This document shows, piece after piece, positions 1 through 12,905 of a stretch of 64,000 nt of DNA. A program made the translations under genes and the position numbers. The notes under the pieces were generated by a model that was given only the letters and a program-made list of their open reading frames with translations, was not told the origin of the DNA and did not search any database. Source of the stretch: Mobula hypostoma (lineage: Eukaryota); the NCBI RefSeq assembly GCF_963921235.1, contig NC_086097.1, forward strand, positions 180,546,001 to 180,610,000, written 5' to 3'. Within the stretch, counting starts at the first letter, position 1, and the number at the start of each line of letters is the position of its first letter.

Positions 1-65
1 TAATTTCTCAGACTGATGTGATGTAGACCGGGCTAATGGCTTACCTTGTGTACTCTGATTTCTAG

Positions 66-247
66 GCCTGAAGAACCTAAGGCAGACTAAGGTGGTCCAG
101 GTGAACCTCGACAGAACAGGTGTGACGCTGTCTGGTATCAGTGCACTGTTGGCAGACTGCCCCAGAATCACCAGCATCCGTGCCAACAACCTGCATGCCC
201 TCCCTCTGGACCAGGCCTCAGATGAGGAAATGGTGGCTGAAGACTGA
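66..247 (+). CDS. Terminal coding exon of a probable leucine-rich-repeat (RNI/AMN1-like LRR) protein gene; upstream exons are outside the window
   Basis: Acceptor ctctgatttctag|G at 65/66. Hand translation gives (G)LKNLRQTKVVQVNLDRTGVTLSGISALLADCPRITSIRANNLHALPLDQASDEEMVAED*, with TGA at 245-247. The NLDRTGVTLSGISALLADCPRITSI segment fits an LRR pattern, followed by an acidic tail. Confidence 0.7.
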
Positions 248-269
248 AAAGCATCCTGTGGTGAAAGGA

Positions 270-600
270 TGGTGTGTGAGTGTCCAGCTTGGGGAGTGAG
301 TGACAGCATTGCAAAGGGAGCTCCACACTTATTAACTTGTGCTGTCCCTGCCTTGGGAGTGAGAGTGGATTGTGTTGCATCTATCATGTTCTGGTTTATT
401 ATTTTTGGAAAATGCACAGGGAACTTTATAACCCATGCTGTTCCTGCCCTGGAATGTGTAGCAGGACAGTATTGAAGGAACATTCACTCTGTCTGACCCT
501 GGGAGTGTGTGATGGGATGGTTTAGAGGGAGCTTCACTCTGTGTCTGACCCTGGCAATGTATTATAGGACAGTACAAAGGGAATTTTACTTTGTGTCCAG
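270..600. repeat. Degenerate copies of a common chondrichthyan interspersed/satellite repeat
   Basis: Recurring motif CCCTGGGAGTGTGTGATGGGA...GAGGGAGCTTCACTCTGTGTCTGA, several diverged copies. Confidence 0.5.
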
Positions 601-1187
601 TTCGTGTTGTCCCCCTCTTTTCCCCTGTTGTCCTGTTTGCTGGATTTGGATCACGGGGAGGGCTTTGGAAGAATATTCCCTGCAACATCCCTACAATGAC
701 CAGCCCCCTGAAATCCACAATACCAGCAAACACCACACTCTGAGGGTTGGGTGTGTTGAAATTTTGAACATGTCAGCTTGTACAGGGACCGTAACTGCCA
801 GGTTCAGCCCGACAACCTACTGCAATCATTGGTATCTGATCCATGGGAAGTGAGACTTGTCTGGAACACCTGGGAACTGAACCCAATGGGTGGGGTTAAT
901 TTATGGTATCCATTTCTTGCCCACCGCCCTCACCCTCTCCCAGTGGCCTTGCAGGTGTGAATGGATTATGTAAACTGATATTTCACAAGTAAATCACTCT
1001 TTCTCCTGGCACTTCTGTGTGGCTCCAGTTATTTTCTCAATCAAAATGAATCACAAAGTGCTTTAAAATAGAAATGAGTGCTGTAATCAAACAAATGGGT
1101 CAAGTTAGTTAATGTACAGCCTTCTCCCATAGCAGCAAAAGTGTTTGAGGGCTTAAATAGTATTTCAATGTCTCAGCTGAAGTAATG

Positions 1188-1312
1188 TGGGACAGTACTG
1201 TAACATAGCAGCTAATGTAATGCTATTACAGTGCTATTAACCCAGGTTCAATTCCGCCACTGTCTGTAAAGAGTTTATATGTTCTCCCTGTAACCGTGTG
1301 GGTATCCTCACA
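1188..1312 (+). mobile_element. tRNA-derived SINE (HE1-like), 5' part
   Basis: B-box-like GGTTCAATTCC followed by GCCACTGTCTGTAAAGAGTTT...GTTCTCCCTGTAACCGTGTGGGT; same family as the copy near 9215. Confidence 0.6.
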
Positions 1313-2001
1313 GTTACCACACTGTATTTCTAAAATAGATTAGACTCCATTGGTGTTTTCACTCCCTTGCCACTGACCCTCTGACAGTGTACCACTCCAT
1401 TGCTGTAGTCCCACTCTTGTGGCTGAAGCTATGTGCTGCTTTGTGTTTAGATAACTGGAAGTGCAGTGAAGTAATTTTCCCTCTCTCCCTGGGCCTATTT
1501 CCTGTCATGCCTATGTACCTAGATTTATCTTCCTCCCTGCTTCCTTGACCCCTCTCATTCCTAGTCTCTTCCCGCGATAAGGAAGTGGAAGTCCAAAAAC
1601 CTGTGGAGCAACCTTCAGTCATCACTCCTGGTGGGTGGACAACTCCAAAAAGAAATAAAAGGACTAGTGGATTGTGTATCTTACAAGGTCTGAGAGCTAT
1701 GGCGTCATAACTTCCAGTAGGGAGCTGGATAAATATCTTTCACAGCCCCACAAAGAACAAGAGATCGGGACAGATTTGACAGTTCCCTCAAGGAGATGAT
1801 GTAGTCACAATAGGCCAACTCAACTCCTAATTAAATATTTGGGGGTGTGCACAAACAAAAGCTTTTCACTGTAATGTGTGACAATAATAAATCAATTACT
1901 AATTGGGGTTAAGGACATCAAGCTTAGAGAAAGAGCCAATCAGGAATGACTGGGAATGTCATTGGGAAAGCACACCCATTCACCAGTTAAAATGAGTACA
2001 A

Positions 2002-2007
2002 TTTATT
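2002..2007 (-). promoter_or_regulatory. Candidate polyadenylation signal (AATAAA) for the ASIC gene
   Basis: TTTATT on the + strand, in an AT-rich stretch ~2.15 kb downstream of the ASIC stop codon. Position only; no transcript evidence. Confidence 0.3.
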
Positions 2008-2424
2008 TCCTGAATTAATTTTACATCATTAATACATTCACAATGTGCCAGAAGTTGGTCTTATATATTTCTGTATAGTTTATGTATATATTTCACAAAG
2101 GATGAGAGATGGTTGGTGATCACACTGATTGGTCAGCATGCAGACAGTGGGGAGAACACCTGGGCTGGGTGGGGGGGATGTTCAGTCGAAGGGAAGCTAC
2201 ATCAATACAGTACACATACATTCATTCAAGTGGTGACTCACTGGGCAGGTAGCTTGGATGGGAACAGGTGTCTGGCAGTCACTGACCTGGCTGTGACTCC
2301 TGGGGATTGGTACAGAACAGGGACTGGGTGAGTCATATTTCCCTTGGCAGAGAGGTCAATAACAAGAGGAGAGGGTGGGATTGAGGCTATTAATGGGTTG
2401 GGAGGAGTGTTCAGAATAAAGACA

Positions 2425-2600
2425 AGACAAGAGACTGCAGATGCTGGATCTGGAGCAACAAATAATCTGCTAGAGGAACTCAGTGTGTCAAGCAGCATCA
2501 GTTGGGTGGGGGTGAAGGAACTGTCCAGGTTTCGGGCTGAGTCCCTAGATCAGATCAAAACTGAGTTCCTCTAACATTGTGTTTTTCTGAGTTCAGAATA
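2425..2600. mobile_element. Penelope/MER6-like short repeat remnant
   Basis: GAGACTGCAGATGCTGGATCTGGAGCAACA...GAGGAACTCAG motif, also seen near 10110 and in reverse near 57660-57745. Confidence 0.45.
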
Positions 2601-3014
2601 AATGTTCCCAACCAGTTAGTGGGTCTGGAACTAATTGCTGGGTATTCTCACTATGAATAGGAGGGGAAGACAGAATGGTGTTGGTGTGAACATGATGCAG
2701 TGTAAACTGGAGAGGAGGAGCAGGGAATCAGGTGGATGGATCTTACAACCAGTCCTTCACATTGCTGTGACTGTTGCAGTCAGTTGGAGTGAAGAGGTTC
2801 CAAACACAAGGTGAGGTATTATCACTGTGGGCTGCACCTGTAAATGAAATTCATCCTAAAACCTCCAATGGGGCCAACTTGGGTTAGTGTAGATTGTCCT
2901 GAAGCCTGGAGGTTTCACACTCCCTGTGTCACACAAAGACATGGCAGATGCCTGTAGAAAGCTATCCAGCCAATTCATACAGACCACTAAATAATCCACG
3001 GACCCAAACCATGA

Positions 3015-3245
3015 GAAATACTGTGCTGAGGAAGGGTCACCTTGTGAGGGGCTGTGCTGAGAGAGGGGTAGTACTAAGAAGTACCACACTGTGGGAAGAG
3101 CAATACTAAAGGAGCAACATAATGGAAGAGGCAGCGCTGAGGGAGGTACTGAGGGATTGTTGCACTGTGGAAGGGGCAGTTAGGAGGTGGGGGGTAGTGG
3201 AGGCACTTCCCCTTAATAAGATATTAAACCATAGCCCTGTGTCAG
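3015..3245 (+). mobile_element. Decayed DeuSINE/SacSINE1-like remnant within the probable ASIC 3' UTR
   Basis: GTACTGAGGGATTGTTGCACTGTGGAAGG...AAGATATTAAACCATAGCCCTGT resembles the Deu-domain core; related to the 58-60 kb array unit. Confidence 0.45.
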
Positions 3246-4156
3246 TGTGGGGGCCAAACTCAAGATCACCCTCCCACACATTTAGAAAAAATCCCATATT
3301 CAAGCAGTAAAGCCAAGAATAAACATACTGGATAGTGTGTAAACAAAGGTTTTGCATTGTATCTTAACATCAATCAATAAATAAATAAATACAATTACAA
3401 ATAATACATCTGGCACCCACTGGTCCAGTGGGATGTGATTGACCCATTTCCATGCTGTATGACTGTGACTTACAAATACTGCAGTCACTCTCACTTCCCT
3501 GTGTTTTACCTTCTCAGTTACAGTAACTCCAGAGTCACCCTCTCGACCCACTGCTCCTTCTGAACCGTTAAACTGGAGATTGGGTCATTCTCAGGTTGTG
3601 GGTTTGTGCTAGTCTGGCCATTGACCTCTCTGACCCTCAGGCTCTTCTCCGCCTGAGCCTAGGTCCAGCACAAGATGGGGGGGGGGGTGGGGCGCGGGGA
3701 ATAGATGCAGCAGGGCCAAGCGTGGAATTGGACTATTCTGTCCCAGTACCCCCTCCCCACAGTCAAACCCATGCCAGAGGGAGTGAGAGAACTCTGGAAA
3801 ACAAGAGTCTGAAATCTCCAGGCCAGAAACTCTGTCTTGCTCTCCCCAACCCCTCCAAGTTCAAACCTGAAGAAGGATCAATCCAGACCACAAAGATGAC
3901 ACATTGCCAGGAGTGGGAGGGAGGTGATACTGGCGGAACTGTTAACCAAGACGTGGAAGGGTAGAGGTAGATGGATGTGTTGATAGAGGTGTCTCCTGTA
4001 CAGTAATTACAGCAAATATTTACCAGTGGCACTGCGGAGTGCTTGACTTCTAGTGTAGGAGAGGGGTCAGCGATCAGTCCCTGGTTTCCAGTGCTTCTCC
4101 TCTCCCTACCGCTGCCTGTCCTCCTTCCCCACTGACCCACCATCTTTCCCAGGGTG

Positions 4157-4261
4157 TCAGCAGGCGAACTCCTCAAAGTTACCCAGGGTGTGGTGGCGGG
4201 GTAGCACGTTGGGGGTGAAGCCCAGACTGTCTGAGTGGCTCCGCAGCGTGTCGCAGGTACT
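4157..4261 (-). CDS. asic1c: ASIC1c/ASIC3-like channel, last coding exon (105 nt including stop)
   Basis: Acceptor ccctccctttcag|. Translation STCDTLRSHSDSLGFTPNVLPRHHTLGNFEEFAC*; the C-terminus is ASIC-type (cf. ASIC2 EEIAC, ASIC1 EDFTC). Confidence 0.93.
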   Translation of the reverse strand, partial: STCDTLRSHSDSLGFTPNVLPRHHTLGNFEEFAC

Positions 4262-4719
4262 CTGAAAGGGAGGGAAGGAGAACAACATTACACGGGTGGG
4301 GAAGGCAATCTCAAAGCTGCATTCGGTCACTGTCCCCGCCTAGAAATCACAATCCCAACCCCACCCCCCCGCTTCCAACCAAATGCCCCTATTTTGAAAT
4401 TATCAGTGTTAACATGTCACAGCTGCATTCTGGATACATGTGAACACACGTGTACTATACATTTGTGTATTTCCACAGCAGCACAGATGTTTGTATAAGT
4501 GTATTTGACAGAGATGTGTTCTAATTTGTCTGGGGGGACATCCTGCTCACCCAGGGAAAGTGTACGTGCAATACATCGCCTGTCCTTTCCCGGTGTAGTG
4601 ATTGCCCCATGGTCACTGTTTGGTCGGCTAGGCAGGAGGCCACTGCAAATGGCCTCTCCTACATTACTGCATCCGTAGCAACACCTTCTCATTTGTGCCC
4701 CCCATTTCCACTGAGCTTG

Positions 4720-5010
4720 CTACGTCATGGCGCGACCGAGTGTCCGGCAGTATAACTGGATGGGTAGGCCGGGCTCGTTAGCCTTGGTTGGCAGCCAGCC
4801 TAAGAGAACAATTCTGAATCCAAACCCAGGCAGATGGGGCTCGTTAGCCTTGTCAGGCCATCCACCTAGGAGAACAACACTCCGACATAAATCCTACTAC
4901 CTGAGGCCCTCGCTGGCACCGTCCCAGCTTGCTAGGCTAGCAAGATGAACCCTGGGTGTAAAGGGTGGGGCCAGTACCGCGCTAACTGCACTCCACCTAA
5001 AATACCATTG
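4720..5010 (+). mobile_element. RTE-like LINE 5' region fragment
   Basis: Internal duplication GGCTCGTTAGCCTTG...CCTA(A/G)GAGAACAA, CpG-rich relative to flanks. Family assignment is by recollection only. Confidence 0.3.
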
Positions 5011-5249
5011 CGCAGGCCGAAGGACATGCCCACATCTACGACCATCCTTGCAGCCGCTGTGGTCGGGCCTGCCTGTCCTGTATTGGCCTCGTCAACCACC
5101 AGCGAGCCTGCAGCAAACGTGGGCAGCCCCCTTCCTAAATCTTTGTTTGTGAAGCCAAGCCATGAATGAATGAAGTGTATGTGCATGGTAATATTTCACA
5201 GTGTGCAAATGAACAGTATGTAAGACTAGCCTTTCACTGTATCTTGGTA

Positions 5250-7460
5250 CACAGAATCATAGGAGAGTACAGCACAGAAACAAACCATTCGGCCCATCTA
5301 ATCCATGCTGAACTATTTAAACTGCCTACTCCTATTGATCAGCAGCGGGTCCATGGCCCTCGATACCCTGACCATTCATGTACCCATCCTAACTTCTCAA
5401 ATGTTGAAATTAAGCTCGCATGGACCACTTGCGCTGGCAGTTTGTTCCATACTCTTATGACCTTCTGAGTAAAAATTTCCCCTTAAAATGTTCACCTTTT
5501 ACCCTTAACTCATGATCTCTTGTAGTCCCACTCAAAGGAAAAAGCCTGCTTGCATTTCCTCTATCAATACCCGTCCTAATTTTGCTTTCAAATCTCCTCT
5601 CAATCTTCTACATTTTAAAGAATACAGTCCTAACCTATTCAATCTTTCTGTATAACTCAAGTCCTCCAAACCTGGTAACATCCTTGTAAATTTTTTCTGC
5701 ACTCTTTTTATTTACATCTTTCTTGCAGATAGGTGTAAAAACTGCATGCAATACTCCAAATTAGGCCTCACCAATGTCTTATACAACTTCAACACAACAT
5801 CATCTCCTTTACTCAATACTTTGATTTATAAAGGCCAATAAGCCAGAAATTTCTTTACAACCCTATTGACCTGTGATGCCACTTTCAATGAATAATAAAC
5901 CTGTATTATCAGATCCCTCTGTTCTATTACACCCCTCAATGCCCTACCACTCACTGGTCCGACTGAAGTGCAATAGTTCGCACTTGTCAACATTAAGTCC
6001 TATCTGCCATTTTTCAGCCCATTTTCCCAGCTGGTCCAGATTCTGCTGCAAGCCATGAGAGTCTTCCTCGCTGTCCACTACACCCCCAATCTTGGTGTCA
6101 TCCACAAATTTGCTAATCCAGTTGACCACATTATCATCCAGATCATTGATAATACTAGATAACAAATAACAACAAAGGATCCAGCACTGATCCTTGCAGC
6201 ACTCCACCAGTCACAGGCCTCCAGTCAGAGAGGCAACCATCTACTACCACTCTGGTTTCTCCCACAAAGCCAATGTCTAATACAATTCACTACGTCATCT
6301 TGAATGCTGAGTGACTGAACCTTCTTGACCAGCCTCCCATGTGGGACCTTGTCAAATGCCTTACTAAATTCCATGCAGACAACATCCACTGCCTTCCCTT
6401 CATCCACATTTCTGTTAACTTCCTCAAAACTCTAGAAGATTGGTTAGACATGACCTACCATGCGTGAAGCCATGCTGACTATCCTTTATCAATCCATGTC
6501 TGTCCAAATACTCATTTAGCCTATCCCTTGGAATACCCTCCAATAACTTTCCCACTACTGATTTGAGACTCATCAGGCTATAATTTCCTGGTTTATTTTT
6601 AGAGCCTTTCTTAAACAGCATAACAACTTTGGCTATCCTCCGATCCTCTGGCACCTCATCTGGCTAAGGATGATTTAAATATCTCTGGTATGGCCCATGC
6701 AATTTCTGCACTTGCCTCCTCTAGAGTCTGAGGGAACACCTGGGGCCCTGGGGACTTATCCTCCCGAATTTGGCCCAAGACAGCAAATGCCTCCTCCTCA
6801 GAAATTTGTATAGAGTCCATGAAGTTGATGCCATTTTACCTTCTATAAACTCTGTGTCCTTCTGAGTAAATACAAATGCAAAAAGTGCATTTACGATACC
6901 ACCCCCACCAGCCAAATCTTTTGGCTTCTCGCATGGATTATCATTCTGATTTTCAAGAGAACTAATTTTGTTCTTTGCAATACTTTTGCTCTTAACATAT
7001 CTGTAGAATCCCTTAGGATTCTCCTTCACCTTGTCTGCTAAGGCAACCTCATGCCTTCTTTTAGTTTTCCTGATTTCTTCCTTAAGTGTTTTCTTGCATT
7101 TCTTATACTCCATAAGTACCTCATTTCTTCCTACCTGCCTATACCTGGTATGCACCTTTTTTTTCTTAACCAGGGCCTCAATATCTCTTGAAAACCAAGG
7201 TTCCCTACACCTGTTATCTTTACCTTTTATTCTGACAGGCACCATGGTGGCTTTGTACCCTCAATATTTCACTTTTGAAGACTGTGCACTTACCAAGTAC
7301 ACCTTTGCCAGAAAACAGTCTGTTCCAATCCACACTTGCCAGATCCTTTCTGATACCATCAAAATTGGCCATCCTTCAATTTAGAATCTCAACCCACGGA
7401 CCAGACCAATCTTTTTGCATATTTACTTTGAAATTACTGGCATTGTGATCACTAGATGCA
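5250..7460 (-). mobile_element. CR1 LINE, 5'-truncated, frameshifted ORF2 (reverse transcriptase)
   Basis: Minus ORFs contain KPGNYS..SLKSVVGKLLE, SQHGFTHGRSCLTNLLEF, VDVVCMEFSKAFDKVPHGRL and ISKFVDDTKIGG, all CR1 RT motifs. Confidence 0.92.
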
Positions 7461-7581
7461 AACTTCCGTCATGATAATAACAAACCAATACTTGTATACA
7501 TGTGGATGCTTGTCTATGCCCACGTGGGTCATTATGTTCGTTAACATGTCCGTGTGTGCTGCAGGAGCACCATGTCTTTAC

Positions 7582-7653
7582 CAGGTTGTCAGAGTGGCTC
7601 CTCTTTGGCCTTTTCCTGCGGTTCACGTAACTCGACATTTTGTCCTTTAAAAC
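7582..7653 (-). CDS. asic1c: ASIC1c/ASIC3-like exon (72 nt, post-TM2 cytoplasmic)
   Basis: ctctttctgcccttcag|GTT...CTG|gtaaag; VLKDKMSSYVNRRKRPKRSHSDNL, resembling the ASIC3-type VFxDK...SxNL exon; phase 0/0. Confidence 0.9.
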
Positions 7654-8184
7654 CTGAAGGGCAGAAAGAGAAGCTGATCAGGACACAATGGGGGAGGGTG
7701 AACAACCAGCTGGAGGAACAGTCTGGGGAGGTAGAAGGCTAGTCAACCATTTGGATCAAGATCTTGTATCAAGGCTGAGTGTGCAGAGGGGAAATGGCCA
7801 GTACAAAGAGGCGAGACGAGGGCTGGGTATGAGATAGGTGGAGCAGGTGAGGAGGTGGTGATGGACAAATGGAGTCAGATGTGGGGAGGGGTGAGATAGA
7901 GGCAGAGCTGGTGGGTATTGGGTGCAGATGTGGGATCTGATGCAAGGAAGGTGATAAGTGGTGCCGAATTGGGGTGGTGTAGATCGTGATTGGTGGAACC
8001 AGGTGGGCCACGGAGAAGAGTGGAATGGTGAACCCAGAAGGAGAGGGAAAGGAGCACAGGGAGTGAGGTTTATCTGAAGCAAGAAAATTCTATGTTCATA
8101 CCAGGCGGAATATGAGGAATTCTTCCTGGACTTTAATTCAGATGGTGCAAGGGGTTGTATTTCGGAAAGACAAATCAGGGTGGG

Positions 8185-8830
8185 GCTTTCACAGTGAACA
8201 GCAGGGTCCTGAGGAACAAAGGAACCTAGGAGGACATGGTTCCCTGATTGACAGGGTGGTGAAAAGGCATGTGGCATGCTGGTTTCATCAGTCAAGGCAC
8301 TGAGTTGGTGAGGCTGCGTTTGGAATATTGTAGTTAGCTTTGGTCATCCTGCTGTTGGAAAGATGCCATTAGACTGGCTAGAGTGCAGAGGATATTTACA
8401 AGGATGTTGCCAGGACTGAGTTATAGGGAAAGGTTGAGACTGTTAAGTTGGAGCATAGGAGAATGAGAGGGTAACATTGCAGAAGTTTATAAAATCGTGA
8501 GGGGCATAGACATAGTGAATGGACAGTCTTTTTCTCAGGGTTGTGGAATCAGGAACTAGAGGACATTAGTTTGAAGTAACAAGGGAGAGATTTAATAGGA
8601 ACCTGAGGGGCAACCTTTGCACCCAGACTGTGATCAGTATATGGAATTAGCTGCCAGAGGAAAGGGTTGAGGCAGGTACAGTTACAAACATTTAAAAAGC
8701 ACTCGGACACAGACATGGCTAGGAAACGTTTGAAGGGATATGGACCAAACACAGACAAATGGAATTAGTTAAATGAGAGCCTTGGTCAGCATAGACGAGT
8801 TGGGCTGAAGGGTCTGTTTCTGTGACTGTT
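8185..8830 (+). mobile_element. CR1 LINE 3' fragment
   Basis: Degenerate LVR..LEYC..WS, RVQR.FTRMLPGL coding trace and 3' tail TTGGGCTGAAGGGTCTGTTTCTGTG. Confidence 0.75.
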
Positions 8831-9036
8831 GATGTCAGATCTCGCCTGGCAGTAGAGAGGACTGAGGGCAGACACATTGGTGTGGGAACGGGAAGGGGAG
8901 GTGAAATGACAAGTAACCCGGGAGGCCAGGATGACTGATGGCAGACAGGGTGTTCACGTTCCACAAACAGTCAACGAGCTAGACGTTCAGCACTACACAG
9001 TCTTTCTCATGGAAACATGCTCCAGACAACTCTTAC

Positions 9037-9116
9037 CTCATATAAATAGTCAATAATTTCCAGAATGGTTAAAATACTGGCTCCAATGAACAAGCCCATC
9101 TGACCACCGATATCAC
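9037..9116 (-). CDS. asic1c: ASIC exon encoding TM2 with the GAS selectivity filter (80 nt)
   Basis: tctcacag|GT...GAG|gtaaga; (G)[26 protein letters not shown]. Confidence 0.97.
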
Positions 9117-9212
9117 CTGTGAGATCAAACAGCCAGAGTTAGTGACCAGACCCCTTTCAATGGTTCTATGTTTGGAATTGTCAGCCAAGGAAGGGAGGGA
9201 AGTTCCTGGTGG

Positions 9213-9700
9213 GTGGGACAACAGTATAGTGGTTAGTGTAACACTACAACAGCACCATTGACCCGGGTTCAATTCTGCCACTGTTTGTAAGCAGTTTGTA
9301 TGTTATCCCTGTGACCATGTGGGTCTCCTCCAGTTGCTTTGGTTTCATCCCATATTCCTAAGATGTACGGTTAGATTTATCAGAATCAGAATCGGGTTCA
9401 ATATCGCTGGCATATGTTGTGAAATTTGTTGTTATGCAGCAGCTGGACATTGCAATACATAAAATTAACTGTAAATTGCAGTAAATATATATAGTTAAGT
9501 AAGTAGTGTAAAAAGAGAAAAATTACTGAGGTTATTAAAAAGGTATTAAGTTATGTGCGTGCTATTTTCATGCCCAAAGTGTGGTGATACTTGCAAGCTG
9601 CGTCACATCCTCAGACCACATTGGTTGTTGACACAAATGATGCATTTCACTGTTTTGGTGGACATGTGACAAATAAAGCTAATCTCTAATCTCCAAGTAC
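9213..9700 (+). mobile_element. tRNA-derived SINE (HE1-like) with an inserted minus-strand LINE 3' tail (~9380-9520)
   Basis: A-box-like TAGTGGTTAG, B-box GGTTCAATTC, and tail GTGACAAATAAAGCTAATCT; AGAATCAGAATC marks the inserted tail. Confidence 0.55.
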
Positions 9701-10104
9701 CAAGGGTTGGAGACAGAGTTAATGGGATCGGGGGTCAGGATAGCAGCAATGCCAGAGGTTGCTGCCTGTTGCATTTCTTGCATTGGAGCAAGAAAACATT
9801 AGCCGAGGAATGCTGCAGTTGAAGAGAGAACAATCCATCTCTGCCCCTCCCACTGGTGAGGATTGGGTTGGGAACATGTGACCTTGGGGCTTCAGGGAGT
9901 GAGACTGACAGGTTGGGGTGGAGTGGGCTGGTCACCTCTCTACCAGAAAATAATTAGTCCATTTACCAGACCCTGACCAAACCATGAAATTCACAACTTC
10001 TTCAGGAATGGACAACCAACAGATTTGGGCTGCCAGTTGCTTCAAGGGGCTGAATGGCCTCCTCTACTTACTGAAATGGTTGAAGGAGGGAGTTTCAAGA
10101 TTCA

Positions 10105-10300
10105 GAGACACAAAAGACTGCAGATGCTGGAATCGAGCAACACAAGATGCTGGAGGAACTCACGGTTTGAGTGGCATCTGTAGAGGGAAATGGGTGGTGG
10201 ACATTTTGGGTTAAGACCCTTCATCTACATTCACTTTGAGTCTTAGCCCAACTATTTCCATCTGCAGATGCTGCTCAACTGGCTGAGTTGCTCCAGGATT
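10105..10300. mobile_element. Penelope/MER6-like fold-back remnant
   Basis: CTGGAGGAACTCA ... TGAGTTGCTCCAG inverted pair plus the CTGCAGATGCTG motif. Confidence 0.45.
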
Positions 10301-10319
10301 TTGGCCTGGTGATAAGGCC

Positions 10320-10845
10320 ATAAAACAGAATTAAGCCATTTGGCCTGTGAGTCAGCTCCACTATTCAACCATGGTTGATTTGTCTCCCCCCGAACCTCAT
10401 TCTGCTGCTTTTCCCCTGTAACCCTTGACACCCTTACTGATCAAGAACCTACCAATCACCACTTTAAATATACACAATGACTTGGTCTCCACAGCCGACT
10501 GTGGCAATGAATTCCACACATTCATTGTCCTCAGGCTAAAGAAATTCCTCCTTATCGATGTTCTAAAGGGACTGTGCCCTCTGGTCCCAGACTCTCCAAC
10601 TATTTGAAACATCCTCTTCACATCCATTATCTACCCATTTCAATATTTTGTACATTTCAATGAGAACCCCTCCAAATTCTTCTAAACTCCAGCAAGTACA
10701 GAGCTATCTAATAATCTTCATCTGATAACCCTTTCATTTCCAGGATCATTCATGTGAACCTCTTCTAGACCCTCTCCAATATTCTTTCTTAGTTCTGGGG
10801 CCTAAAACTGTTCACAATACTCCAAATGTAGTCTGATATATACCT
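10320..10845 (-). mobile_element. CR1 LINE 3' fragment
   Basis: ORF 10397-10627 TRGHS...RRNFFSLRTMNVWNSLP is the typical CR1 ORF2 C-terminus. Confidence 0.85.
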
Positions 10846-11165
10846 TAGAAAGTTTCAGCTAAAGGAATTGTGATCCATTCCCTAGTCAGAATGGTGTGCC
10901 TGGGATGGGAACCTGCAGATGGTGGTGCTCCCCTGCACCTGCTGCCCTCACCCTCCTTGGTGAAAGAGGTCCCAGGCTTGGGAGGGGCTGTTGGAGTAGA
11001 CACTGTGTGCCAGTGGGTGAGGGAGGGAATGTTCAGGGAAGAGGACAGGGTGCTGATGGACATAAATAGGAAGAGGGACAGGAGTGGAGGTAGGATCTGG
11101 AAAAGCAGAGACCCCAGAACTATGTTTAAGGGTTCACCCAGCAGTCCCAGGGAGGTGATGGATTA

Positions 11166-11690
<525 letters not shown>

Positions 11691-11719
11691 CAGTAACAGG
11701 TACGTGTGTGGATACTCAC

Positions 11720-11873
11720 GCTATGTATTGCTCTGTTTTATTAAATTTTTTGGCGAGAAATTTTGCGGAGGCTTTGCTGGGTATCTTCACCATGGAAATC
11801 TCCTTCCCAAATCGTGTCACATTACATGGGGTCTCACACAGGCAATATTTACTGTCCTGTTCCACTAGAAACT
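11720..11873 (-). CDS. asic1c: ASIC exon (154 nt; thumb/knuckle)
   Basis: ttctgctctcgcag|AG...GC|gtgagt; (E)[50 protein letters not shown](A). Confidence 0.97.
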
Positions 11874-12309
11874 CTGCGAGAGCAGAAGTAGGGAAAGCAG
11901 AGTGAGAAAGAGCAGCAAAGCAGAGAAAATTGGTAAATCAGTTTATTATTGTCACGTGTATCAGTACAACAGTGAAAATACTTTGTTTTGCATGCCATCC
12001 AAACGGATCATTTCACAACATCTGTGCATTGAGGAAGTAGACAGTAAACTAATAACAGAATGCAGAATAGTGTTACAGTTACAAAGAAACTGCGGTGAAG
12101 ACGGACAATAAGATGCAAGATCACAATGAGGTAGATTGTGAGGTCGAGCTCATTTTATTGTATCAGGAGACAATTCAAGAGAGAAGATGGAGAGAAGGAT
12201 AAGGAGAGAAAAATTTAAAGGAAATGAAGAGGGAAAGGGAAAGGAGAAAATATGAAAGAGGAGTTACAGAGAAAAAGGAGAGAAAGGAAGGAAGATGGAG
12301 AGAGGACCG

Positions 12310-12905
12310 TGCACAATTCTGATTTGATGGAGACAGACGTGAGAGTACGGAGGAACATCTGGAAAACTTCTGAAATGCCCACTTCGCTGCCGCTGCTGCT
12401 GTGTGGTAACTGGAATCTCCGGAGCAGAAGGCCCCGAAATCCTCGGCTTTGTGTGTTTCAGCGGCCAGGGCGAGGTTGAAGGCACTCGGCAGAGGATGGC
12501 GCTCGGGAGGCTGTATCAGAGAGGCTGGTTGGAAGCTCGAAGTTTTCGGACGGATGGACTGTGTCGGCTGTGGTCGGCTGCTTCCAAGGCAAGTTGACGG
12601 TGCCTGGAGGTTTATGGCAGGGAGTTTCTCCCTTTTGCCGCCTGCTATCGGGGACTTGGGAGTCGATCGACTCGGGGACTTTTGAGACTTTATTTACCGT
12701 GCCCATGGTTTGTTCTTCATCAAATTATGGTATTGCTTTGCACTGCTGTAATTATATGCTATAATTATGTGGTTCTGTCAGTGTTAGTCTTTGGTTTTTC
12801 CTGTTCTTTGTGATATCACTCTGGAGAAACGTATCATTTCTTAACGCATGTATGCATTTCTAAATGACAATAAAAAAAGAGGACTGAGTGTTCTCATAAT
12901 CTAAA
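12310..12905 (+). mobile_element. Young CpG-rich non-LTR retroposon (SINE or short LINE derivative)
   Basis: Interrupts a GA-rich tract (12180-13380), retains many CpGs, and ends AAATGACAATAAAAAAAGAGG...ATAATCTAA. Confidence 0.45.

Noticed and set aside
5944..7245. Functional reverse transcriptase gene
   Set aside because: Fragmented by frameshifts and stops; a dead CR1 copy.
7423..7581. Read-through alternative ASIC C-terminus (VKTWCSCSTH...)
   Set aside because: A canonical donor at 7581 joins a conserved last exon; the extension runs into CR1 sequence and shows no ASIC similarity.
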